Shown here in pieces: positions 29,556 to 43,101 of a DNA stretch of 64,000 nucleotides; position 1 is the first letter of the stretch; every line of letters begins with the position of its first letter. Origin of the DNA: the human T2T-CHM13v2.0 reference genome, Homo sapiens. Location of the stretch: the NCBI RefSeq assembly GCF_009914755.1, contig NC_060933.1. One strand, given 5' to 3'. The position numbers and the translations under genes are program-made. The notes beneath the pieces were generated by a model, which saw only the letters and a program-made list of their open reading frames with translations, made no database searches and was not told the DNA's origin.

Positions 29556-32411
29556 TGTCATGCATCAGTGCATCAGTGTGAAGAGACTACCAAACAGGTT
29601 TTTTGTGAGCAACAAGACTGTTTATTTCACCTGGGTGCAGGCAGGCTGAGTCCAAAAAGAGAGTCAGTGAAGGAAGATGGGGTGGGGCCGTTTTATAGGA
29701 TTTGGGTAGGTAGTGGAAAATTACAGTCAAAGGGGGTTATTCTCTGGCAGGCAGGGGTGGGGGTCACAAGGTGCTCAGTGGGGGAGCTTCTGAGCCAGGA
29801 GAAGGAATTGCACAAAGTAATGTCATCAGTTAAGGCAGGAGCCAGCCATTTTCACTTCTTTTGATTCTTCACTTGTTTCAGGCCATCTGGATGTATACGT
29901 GCAGGTCACAGGAGATACGATGGCTTAGCTTGGGCTCAGAGGCCTGACATTCCTGTCTTCTTATATTAAAAAGAAAAATAAAACAAAATAGTGTTGAAGT
30001 GTTGGGGTGGTGAAAATTTTGGGGGGTGCTATGGAGAGATAATGGGTGATGTTTCTCAGGGCTGCTTCGAGTGGGATTAGGGGAGGCATGGGAACCTAGA
30101 GTGGGAGAGATTAAGCTGAAGGAAGATTTTGTGGTAAGGGGTGAAACTGTGGGGTTGTTAAGAGGAGCATTTGTCATATGGAATGATTGGTAATGGCCTG
30201 GATGCAGTTTTGTATGAATTGAGAAACTAAACGGAAGACACAAGGTCTGAATAAGTGAAGGAGAAAAACAGGTATTAAATGACTAAGAATTGGGAGGACC
30301 AAGGACATCCAATTAGAGAGTGCTCAAGGGGGTTCAGCATAATTACTTGTTTGGTTGGTGAGTTTTGGGGCTCTATCCTTGACAGAGTCCTCTTTTTTAA
30401 GTTTTAAGTTGGAGGCTGAGCTTGGTGAGGTGTATTTTTAAAAGACAATTTGTCCGTCCTACCATTCCTGAAGATTCAGGATGGTAAGGGCTATAAAGGT
30501 TTTACTGAATACCAAGAGCCTAAGAAACTGCTTGGGTGATTTGACTAATAAAAGCTGGTCTGTTATCAGACTGTATAGAGGAGGGAAGGCCAAACCAAAG
30601 AATTATGTCTGACAGAAGGGAAGAAATCATCATGGTGGCTTTCTCAGACCCTGCGGGAAAGGCCTCTACCCATCCAGTGAAAGTGTCTACCCAGACCAAG
30701 AGGTATTTTAGTTTCCTGACTCAGAGCATGTGAGTGAAGTCAATTTGCCAGTCCTGGGTGGGGGCAAATCCCTGAGCTTGATGTGTAGGGAAGGGAGGGG
30801 GCCTGAATAATCCCTGAGGAGTAGTAGAATAGCAGATGGAACACTGAGAAGTGATTTTTTGAGGATAGATTTCCACAATGGAAAGGAAATGAGAGGTTCT
30901 AAGAGGTGGGCTAGCAGCTTGTAACCTACATGGAAGAGGTTATGCAATGACGACAGAATAGAATGGGCCTGTGAGGCTGGAAGGAGATATTTTCCTTGGT
31001 CAAAGAACCATTTGCCTTGTGTGGGAAGAGATTGATAGGTGGAAGTTTCAGTCGGTGAGTAGGTGGGAGTGACCGATTAGAAGGAGAAAAACTGGCCGTG
31101 AGGGACAGAAGTTGGAATGCTAGCTGCTTCTTTAGCTATTTTATCAGCATAAGTATTGCCCTGAGCAATGGGATCTGATGCCTTTTGATGGCCTTTACAG
31201 TGAATGACTCCAGCTTCCTTTGGAAGTAAAGTGGCCTTGAGAAGAGCTTTTATTAAAGAGGCATTAATGATGGAGGACCCTTGCGCAGTGAGGAAACCTC
31301 TTTCTGCCCATATAATGGTATGGTGGCGTAGGATATGAAAGGCATATTTAGAGTCAGTTTAAATATTGATGTGTAGTCCCTTTGCAAGAGTGACGCTCGA
31401 GTTAAGGCAATGAATTTGGCTTGCTGAGAGGTAGGGGAGTGGGGCAGAGCGGTAGCCTCAATGATAGATGTGGAAGATACTATAGCATAGTCTGCCTTTG
31501 CTGGTGAGTGGCAATTAGGCCTGGTGGAACTGCCATTGATAAACCAAGTGTGATCAGGGTGAGGAACAGGAAAGAAGGAAATATAGGAAATGGAGTGAAT
31601 GTCAGGTGGATCAGAGAGATACAGCCATGGGGATCAGGTGTGATATCCAGAATAATGTGGGAGGCCAGATTGAAGTCCTCGCCAGGAAAAATGGTAATTG
31701 TGGGAGACTCAACAAAGAGTGAGTACAGCTGAAGGAGCCGGGGAGCAGAAAGTATATGCATCAGGTGTGAGGAAGAAAATAGATTTTGGAAGTTATGAGA
31801 AATGTAGAGAGTGAGTTGAGCATAGTTTGTGATTTTTAGGGCCTCTAAAAGAATTAGGGTGATGGCAACTGCTGCACAGAGACATGATGGCCAGAGCAGA
31901 TCCTGAACTAACCTGTAAGACTTGTCTGGAGTTTGAATAGGTAAAATGGGAGAATTGTAAGGAGAGTTTATAGGTTTTACAAGCCCATGCTGTAGCAGGG
32001 GAGTGATAACAGGCACCAAATGTCACACACGTCCATGTGAAGAGACCACCAAACAGACACTGCATGAGCAATAAGGCTGTTTATTTCACCTGGGTGCAGG
32101 CGGGCTGAGTCTGAAAAGAAAGTCAGTGAAGGGAGATAGGGGTGGGGCCGTTTTATAGGATTTGGGTAGGTAGTGGAAAAGTATAGTCAAAGAGGATTGT
32201 TCTCTGTTGGGCAGGGGCGGGGGTCACAAGGTGCTCAGTGGGGGATCTTCTGAGCCAGGAGAAGGAATTTCACAAAGTAATGTCATCAGTTAAGGCAGGA
32301 ACCAGCCATTTTCACTTCTTTTGTGATTCTTCACTTGCTTCAGGCCACCTGGATGTATAAGTGCAGGTCACAGGGGATATGATGGCTTAGCTTGGGCTCA
32401 GAGGCCTGACA
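29556..32411 (-). mobile_element. Internally deleted HERV-H provirus with two LTR7-type LTRs (29556-29949, 32021-32411)
   Basis: LTR termini gcttgggctcagaggcctgaca; perfect TSD GGCAT (29551-29555, 32412-32416). ORF 31480-32019 PVITPLLQHGLVKPINSPYNSPILPIQTPDKSYRLVQDL is HERV-H pol. Confidence 0.93.
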
Positions 32412-33679
32412 GGCATGGTTTACTGATAGCTCTGCCAGACGACATGCACTGGACCACCATTCAGCCAGTGGTTGGCTATCTTTTGACTGAGACTGGACAT
32501 GGGCATTCTACCCAATGGGCCAAACTAAATGCAGTGGTGATGGCCATGCAGGCTACCTCTATCGCATATCTTGCTATATTTTCAGTGACTTATGGGCCAT
32601 TGCCAAAAGCCTAGCCATCTGATCAGGACAATGGCAATGGAAGGATTGGACTGTTAGATGATATCCACGTGAGGACAAGGACTAAGAAAAACAGCTTGTT
32701 GTCTGAAAAAGACAAATATATGTCAATCATATGGGTGCTGAGGCAACTATAGCCACACTTGAGAGGAATTTATGCCATCCTTTTACATAGCCCATGGGAT
32801 TTTACTTGGACCGAGGAATATTTTTTACTATTCAAGCAACTAGATAATGGGTACACATTAGTGAAAAAAGATGGGCTTTTTAAGTACATTGTCATCCTCA
32901 GGCCAATAGAGTTATTGAATAATGGAACTCACAAAGCAACTGAAGAAAGAACATCAAGATGTCCTGCTAGTGAGGGGGTAGCCCATCTGACTAGGGCAAT
33001 AGGGACACTAAACACTATGCACCAATGCAAAGGAAACAGCACTGCAGTGCATATTGAGGGACACTGAGCTTGGTTGGGTTGGAGGTGGATGAGAAACCCA
33101 CCTGACTAGGCTGTCTGTGCCTGTAAAGTCTCAGTCTGGGTTCTCAACCATTCTTTTTCCTTTTCCCCTATAGAGTACATGTCCTGGGGATGAATTGCAG
33201 TTCAGGGTGCCATAGTACCCCAGAGAGGCCACCCTGTCTCTAATCTGGAGTTTATACTTCCCTTGGGTACCTCCCCTATAAGGGGATTCCACAGGGGTTG
33301 GGGACAGGACTAAGGAATGACAGACTGCTAGAATCCCTCTAATGATGCTGGATGCCTCTGATCCTTCCATTTGGGTGGATGATGTTATGAGATATACCAA
33401 CTTTGTACTGGAGTGGATGATTGAGGCAGAAAGGTTTGAGTCAAGCAACAAGGGCAATGGATGTCTGCAGAAGTAGCTTGGGACTAAAACAGACAGACCG
33501 GGTTGCTATACCAACTCAGCCTAATTCTTATCCAATAGGTAGAGAACATCTGAGACCCTGGAAAGGGTGAGAGGTGGGCATTAAACTGTCAGTCTGCTTT
33601 TCCACATGGATGGGGCATTATAGGCCTGTGAGCATAATGCCTTAGTGGCCTCTTCCAAAGTGCCATGGTTACACCATGG

Positions 33680-35200
<1,521 letters not shown>

Positions 35201-36558
35201 ATCTGACAAGACAAACCTCCACCTCCAGATCTGGAGAGGTCAATGGGCATATGAAATACACCAGCTTTTCTAAGGGAAATATCTTGGTTGGAGCAGGAGA
35301 CTGCAGGTCAACTTTCCAGGTGTCCTTGGACTGACCCAATTATCCCCTTTCTTGCTTGCAGTTGTCAAGAGCAACTGTAGTATATGCTGAGAATGCAATA
35401 TCCTGAGACAGGGAAGAACTGCCTGAAACAGCCTAGGCCTTGTTACTCTCTCCCTTGACAGAGAATGTTCTTCAAAACTTTAGGCCATAGTTTCCCATTG
35501 GTCCTGAGGTGTGTAACCTAGGGCAAGCTGTCTTGTGGGGTCCCTCAACTGTGGTACAAGTGGGCCATGCACAATCACTCCATCCACTTCAGGCACTTCA
35601 CATGCATTCCATCCACTTCAGGCAACTTTGTTGAGCCTTGGGCTACTGGCTCGTAATGGATCGGCTCACATAGGTACCTGTTGTCTCTTGCTGTTTGTCT
35701 GTAAATGATACATCTGCTTTATGTAATTTGTTGCATATGAGTGTGTTCTGTTTAACTGAACTCAGACAAGCTAGTAAATAGTACACAGTGTACCTGCCCC
35801 ACACCCAGGATGTACATGCTAAAGCTAAACAGTGTGACTGCCTGCCAAAAGGAACAGTTTAAATAGAGCTCAGAATTGTCTGCCATGATAGACAAAATGT
35901 CCAGAATATAATTACAAATCACCGATCATACAAAGAACCAAGAAAATAACAATTTGAGTGAAAAAAGACAGTTAACTGACACCAACACCAAAACGCATCA
36001 GATGTTGGAATCATCTGAATATGATTTTAAAATATCTAGCAAAAATGTTTCAACATCAAATAGAAATTATCTTAAAATATATAACAAAATCGCAAAATAT
36101 TAACCAAACTTGATTTGTAAAAAAACAACAAAAAAAAGAACCAAATGTAAATTATAAAAGCAAACAAACATGGTAACAGAAATGAAAAATGTGTTGGATG
36201 GAGTCAATAGTGCCATTGAGATGCAAGAAGGTAAAATCAGTGAATGTGAGGGCAGAATAGTAGAATTTAACCAATTTGAACAACATAAATAAAATAGACT
36301 GATATATAAAATGAACAGAGATGTAGGTATGTGTGAGGCAACAACAAAAGATCCAACATTTTTATTACGTGTACCAGAAAAAAAGTAAAATGAGGCTGAA
36401 AGAATACTTGAAGAAATAGTGCTTCAAAAAAACCTCAAATTTGCAGAAGACACAAATGTATAGATTCAAGAAGCCTAAGATACCCTACACGGAATAAACA
36501 CATTTCAAGAAATATTTTGATTAAACTTTTAAAAACTAAAGACAAAATATTTTTATTT

Positions 36559-37053
36559 GGTAGTTTAGAAACATAAATCTACCACTTTAAAATTATAAAG
36601 GTCAGAAATCTTAAATGGTTTTCATTAGGCTAAAATCAAGGTGCCAGCAGCACTGCTTTCCTTCTGGGGACTCTAAAGGAGAATACATGTTCTTGCCTTT
36701 TCCAGCTTCTAGGGGCTGTCTTCATTTCTTGTCTCTTGTCCACTTTCCCCATTCCTTGTCTCTTGGTTCTTTCCTCCAGTACAATTAGCAATGTAGTATC
36801 TTTAAATATTTTCTACCACACTCTTCCACATTTAAAGGATCCTTGTGATTAAATTGGCCCCCCCCAGATAATCAAGTATGATCTCTTATTTTAAGTTCAG
36901 CTGTTTAGTAAGCTTAATGTCATGTGCAACCTTAATACTTTCTTGCATTGTAACATCATATATTCTTATATAACATAGCATATCCTTCCTGACATGGAGA
37001 ATAGGACAGGGACAGTCTTGTGGGGGGTGGGGGGGCATTATTCTGCTTATCAC
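36559..37053 (-). mobile_element. MLT1 (MLT1C-like) LTR, truncated near its polyadenylation site
   Basis: ggctaaaatcaaggtgccagcag...ttcttgccttttccagcttctagggg is antisense MLT1. Confidence 0.75.
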
Positions 37054-37179
37054 AGTTAGCAAACAAAGATTTTGTGCCATGAAAACATGGAGGAAATACC
37101 CTTATCCTTATTTTTCTTCAGTCTTTCTCATCAAATAGATCTTTAGATCCAAAAGAGAAGACTCAACATTGCTTTTAAT

Positions 37180-37535
37180 TAAATCTCAAGATGAACGAAG
37201 AGGCACTATGAGCCCTGGGCCCTAGCATTGGAGTAGAACTCATTCCAAAACAATAAGAAAGTTTAGGAAAGAGATTTTTAAGTTGCTCTAGATATATTTG
37301 AGGATTATGGAGAATAGTAAAAGTTTTAGAAGACAAGAAATGGGCAGTGTACTAGTTTTTTAAAGGAAGATAGATCTCATAAACTATAGGTGAATGAGTT
37401 TGACATTACTTCTGGAAGCAATTTTAAGAAGCATGAAAACAATACTTTAAAAGCACTTAAAAGAACGCTTTGCAATCATAAAACAACATGGGCACACCGA
37501 GAAGAAATTGTATCAGAAAAATGATATTTCTTCCT
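37180..37535 (+). mobile_element. CR1/L3 reverse-transcriptase fragment
   Basis: ttttttaaaggaag...aaactataggtgaatgagtttgacatt...caacatgggcacaccgagaagaaattgtatcag resembles CR1 RT (NYRPVSLTS...QHGF...KSCQTNL). Confidence 0.55.
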
Positions 37536-37544
37536 ATTTTTTGA

Positions 37545-38520
37545 ATCTTTATCTTGTCCTTTTATTGTTAGTTGGCATGCAATAATTGTACATATTTATG
37601 GAAACAGAGTGATATTTTGATACAGGTGTACAATGCGTAATGATCAAATCAGGGTAATTAGCATTTCAAACACCTCAAACATTTATCATACTTTTGTGTT
37701 GACAACATTCAAAATCCTCTCTTCTAGCTTTTTGAAAATATACCATAAATTATGGTTATTTCCATGTGACCAGCTATAGAGCACTACAACAGAACTTATT
37801 CCTCCAATATAGCTATAATTTTGTGTCCATTAACCAACCTCTGCTCCCACATCCTTCCCAACATCTAATAACCACAATTCTACCATTTACTTTAATGAGC
37901 TCAAATTTGTTTAGCTCCTGCATATGGGTAAGGACAGACAGTATTAATTTTTCTGTGTCTGACTTATTCCACTTAACATAATGTTCGCTAGTCTTATCCA
38001 TGATTCTGCAAATGACAGAATTTCATTCTTTTTATGGCAGAATATTATTCATATATATATATATATATATATGAATGTATATACAAATTTGGTATATGTA
38101 TATACCACATTTTTTATCTATCCATCCATTGATGGATATTTAGCTTAATTCCATATCTTGGTTATTGTGAAGACAGCTGCAATAAATATGGAGGTGCAGA
38201 TGCCTCTTAAGTGTAATGATTTCCTTTCCTTTGGATAAACACCTAGTAGTGGGATCACTAGATCATATGGTGTCTCTATTTTGGTTTTGAGAAACCACCA
38301 TACAGCTTTTCATAATAAGTGAAATAATTTAACTTACCAACAACAGTGTATGGTAGTCTAATTTTTCATGTCTTACATTTAAATTTTTAATCCATTTTGA
38401 GTTTATTTTTGTATAAGGTGAGTGATAGGAGTTTAGTTTCATTCTTCTGCATATGGATATCCAATTTTTCCAGAAGCATGTATTGGAGATTGTGTCCTTT
38501 CCCCAATGTAGGTTGTTGAC
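37545..38520 (-). mobile_element. L1MA 3' end, antisense, with (TA)n at ~38051
   Basis: aataattgtacatatttatgg...aatgatcaaatcagggtaattagc is an L1MA 3'UTR; ORF2 tail at 38360-38520. Confidence 0.85.
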
Positions 38521-39573
38521 AAAACTAAAGACAAAGTCTTAAAAGCAGCCAGATAGAAACAGTCAACTATAGGTGAAACATCACCTATAGAGGAAAACCA
38601 ATGTAAATGAAAATACGTTTTTTCATCTGAAACAATGGAGGTCAGAAACAAGTTACACAATATTTTTCAGGTAGTGAAAGAAAAGAACTGCCAACTCTGA
38701 ATGCTACAGATGTTGTAACTATGCTTCTGGAGTAAAGGAAAATTATATTTTTTGAACTGTTTAAAAATTTGTTGTTAGCAAGCTTACCATTAAATGTTTA
38801 CTAAACTGTTATTCAAACAAAATAAAGAAAAAAAAGGAATTTTGAACATCAAGAAAGAAGGAAGATATATTAATAGAATTAGCAGAAATATGAATACATC
38901 CAATAGATGTGTTTTCCTAGTGAGTATTATAAATCATAGTTGATGATAGAAACAAAAATTATAACTCCACTTGATACTAAAGGAAGTGATACTTAAAAGT
39001 ATAGAAGATAAAGGAAAATAAATATAAGCTGAGCTTCCTTGCTTTAATCAAAAGTGTAAAACCATTGGTATTTATATATTGTTTTATAAATCGGATATTA
39101 AATCAGGTATTAAAATATGAAGAGTAGCATAAAAAGTATATACAAATTTCCAAAGCAAAGAGTGTATATTGTAGATGTATTCAAACATTGTAAGTAAAGC
39201 AACATGAAAGCTCGAGTAGCACACAGTAAGTCCAAAAAAAAGGAAAACTGAAAAATGAGAACAAAACAAATGAATATGTAGTAAATAATAAAATGAAATG
39301 CTTAGGTTTTAGTACATTAATAATTACATTAAATATAAGTGACATAAATACACCAATCAAAAGAGAAATTAGCTGAATAAATAAAAAAATGCAACCTTAA
39401 CTATTGCTATAGTAAGAAATACACTTTAATTCAATAGTATCAGTAGGTTGCAAGTAAAATAATATAAAAATACATACCATGGAAATATTTATCAATAAAA
39501 GGGCAAAAGTGGCTATATTAATATCTGATAATCTAGAAGTTAGATTCAAAAATCTTACAAAGAACATTACTAA

Positions 39574-40171
39574 CAACAGAAGAGGCAGTTAGAGGCTGGC
39601 TAGGCAGATAGAGAGGAAGGGTCTTGGGAGAAAGACAGCACCCATGGGAATGCACCTGCACTACCTTTGTGGTGTAGCTAGAATGTGGAAATGTGGTTAA
39701 CAACTTCCTCTTATACCAAGATGTCTCTCAGAAGGGACTGTCCCAATTATGTTTCAATAAATCAACTAAATGTCCTTAACTTGACCCAGAGCTAATTGTA
39801 ATATCATTAGCATTGCAGTTTTGGTGCCCCCATGAATTTTGCTTAGGCACTTATGACTAATAATCAAGATGGAGTCACTACTGCCAAACCTAGGTATGCA
39901 CAGACAGCACACTCCCAGCAGGGAATTTTACCCCTTCCATTAAGGCAGGACCCACAAAGGACTTCCTTGTTTCTGTCACATAAAGGGATCAGAACTCAGC
40001 CCCATTTCTGGCAACCCTTGTTTGGGTCCACTCTTGCTGCTGAGAGCTTTTCTGTTGCTTAATGAATGCTAATTTGCCTTACTCACTCTCTGGTATTTGT
40101 GTGCCTCATTCTTTTGGTTGTGGGACAAGATCTTGGACCTCACTAAATTAAGGAGTGAGGAGACTGCAACA
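39574..40171 (+). mobile_element. Solo ERV1 LTR (MER61/MER4-group-like, tentative)
   Basis: Interrupts L1 ORF2; 4-bp TSD CTAA on both sides; ends gactgcaaca; U5-like ttctggcaacccttgtttgggtcc. Confidence 0.65.
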
Positions 40172-42164
40172 CTAATAATAAATGTATCAATTCACCAGTA
40201 AACATAACAATTCCAAATATATATGCACCAAATAACAAAGTCTTAAACAACATGAAGAGAAAAATTATAGAACTAAAAAATAATAAATTATAGTTGTGGG
40301 TTTTAACAGCCTTATCTCAGCAATTGATAGAATTATTGGACAAAAATTTAACAATCAGCAAGCATGTAGAAGATCTGTACAGCACAATCAACCAACAAGA
40401 TTTTATTCACACACACAAACACACACACACACAGACACACATATACAGATAAATATATATGTCAATTATATATATCTCTCTCTCTAAATATAGAATCAGT
40501 CCACAAAAAACAGCAGAATATACAGTTTTTCAGGAGCTCATGAAATATTAACTAAAATACTAGATGATTTCTTGCACCATAAAACAAACCCTGATACATT
40601 TAAAAGAATTTATGTCATATAGAGTATGTTCTCTGACCATAGTGGAATTAAAATAAAAGTCAGTAACAGAAAGAGAGCAGGAAAATGTTTAAATGCATTT
40701 CAATTATGCAACACAGTTCCAAATGATCTATGGATTAAATATAAAGTCTTAAATAAAAATCTAAAAATATATTTCAAAAAATGAAAGAAAAATACAACAT
40801 ATCAAAATATAGGAAATACAGCTAAGGCTGTGGTGGGAAAGAAATTTATAGTACTAAATGCTTCATTAAAAATAAGAAAAGATCTCAAATCAATAACTTA
40901 CACTTGTATCTCAAGGAACTAGAAAAAGAACAGAGTAAACCGAAAGCAGGCAGAAGAAGAAAAATAATCATCACAATAACAAAAATTCATGAAATTGAAA
41001 ACAGAAAAAAATGTGAAACAAAAAGCTGGTTTATTGAAAAAATCAATCAATTGATAAACATCTATCAAAACCAACAAAAATAAATAGAGATGACACAAAA
41101 CACAACAGCAAATTTTTTAAAAAATGCAAATGATCCAATTAGGTAATGGACAAAAGACATCAATGGACGTTTTAACAAGAAAAATATTCAGATGTCAAAT
41201 AATCCATGAAACATGTTCAATATTATTAATCATCATGGACATGTCAAATAAAACCATAGTGAGATATTTCTACACACCTATCAAAATGACTTTTAAAAAT
41301 TGTGACAATAGCAAAAGCTATTCAGGATGTAAAAAATACGATCACTCATAAGTTGCTAGTGGAAAAGTAAAATAATAGAGCCACTCTGAAAAATAGTTGA
41401 CAGTTTTTTTAAAAGACAGACATGTTATTCATTCTTTCCACATTTTTTTTTTTGTGCTGATTAACCTTCTCTACCTCCTCTCCAATGCCCCAGTATCCTT
41501 ACTAGCTTCTGTGGGCACTCAGTGTACACATAAAATTTTGAGAAAATAATTAAAAATTTTTTAAAGTAAAATAAAAACCAGATATGCATAGACCATAGAT
41601 CCCAGCAATTGCAGTTGTGGGTGTTTAATTTGGAGTGATGAAACTTGTGGTCCCACAAAAACTTGTTCACGAATGTCTACAACAGCTTAATTTGTTACAG
41701 TTGAAAAGGTCAATAAGCCCAGGTGAATGTTTAATTTGTGATGAATTTATACCAGAAACCATGAAATACTACTCAGTCATCAAAGGAACAAAATATTAAT
41801 TAATGCAATCATTTGGATGTATTTTTAGGAAATTTTGTCGAGTGAATAAAAGTCAATTATATACATTATGTACAACAGTACAAGTAGGCCTTGAGACCTA
41901 CGGGATCATTCTGTGTTGCAGCGAGGCCCTGCCTGCCTCACCAGATGTGGTGAGCCTATCCTATCTCACTCGGAGGGGTCCAAAATCGGATCTGAACGGG
42001 AGTCCGGAGAACACAGCAGGCATCCTGAAGCTCCACCTCCCTCGGTGGAAGTCGGCTCAAGGAGGTCCTGAGGACAGGACTCCTAGGGGTTTGGCCCTGG
42101 GACAGGACAAGACACCCGCGGCCCCCTCTCCCACGCCGCCCCAAACCGGATCCCGGATCCAGCC

Positions 42165-42290
42165 GCCGCCATGGCGGCAGGAGGAACCGCGCTGCCGCCG
42201 CGAGGCGGCGGCAGTATTTAAAGGGGACGCAGCCACACTGCCAGGAGCGGAGCGCGAGTCGGCTCAGCCAATGCGCATGCGCGAGGCGGG
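42165..42290 (-). promoter_or_regulatory. Pol II promoter-like cassette in the repeat unit: NRF1 + CCAAT + TATA-like + YY1/Kozak palindrome
   Basis: TGCGCATGCGCG 42272-42283, CCAAT 42268-42272, TATTTAAA 42215-42222, GCCGCCATGGCGGC 42165-42178; CpG-dense. Variant copies at ~44698-44766 and 47115-47182. Confidence 0.6.
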
Positions 42291-42433
42291 AGCGGTTTCT
42301 CCCGTCACAGTGGTTCCCACGGTTGTCTTAGAAACCAATCCCCGAGGCTTGGCAAAGCAGGAGCCCTCCGTGGCAGTGCTTGGGTGTCGGGGCTCTGAGG
42401 ATCCGGCCTGACCTCTCCACGGGGTCGACGTGA

Positions 42434-43101
<668 letters not shown>

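Noticed and set aside
35579-35625. 17-bp direct repeat in the ERV 3' LTR, and similar small duplications at 29561, 47381 and 56523
   Set aside because: Ordinary slippage-type duplications with no array structure.
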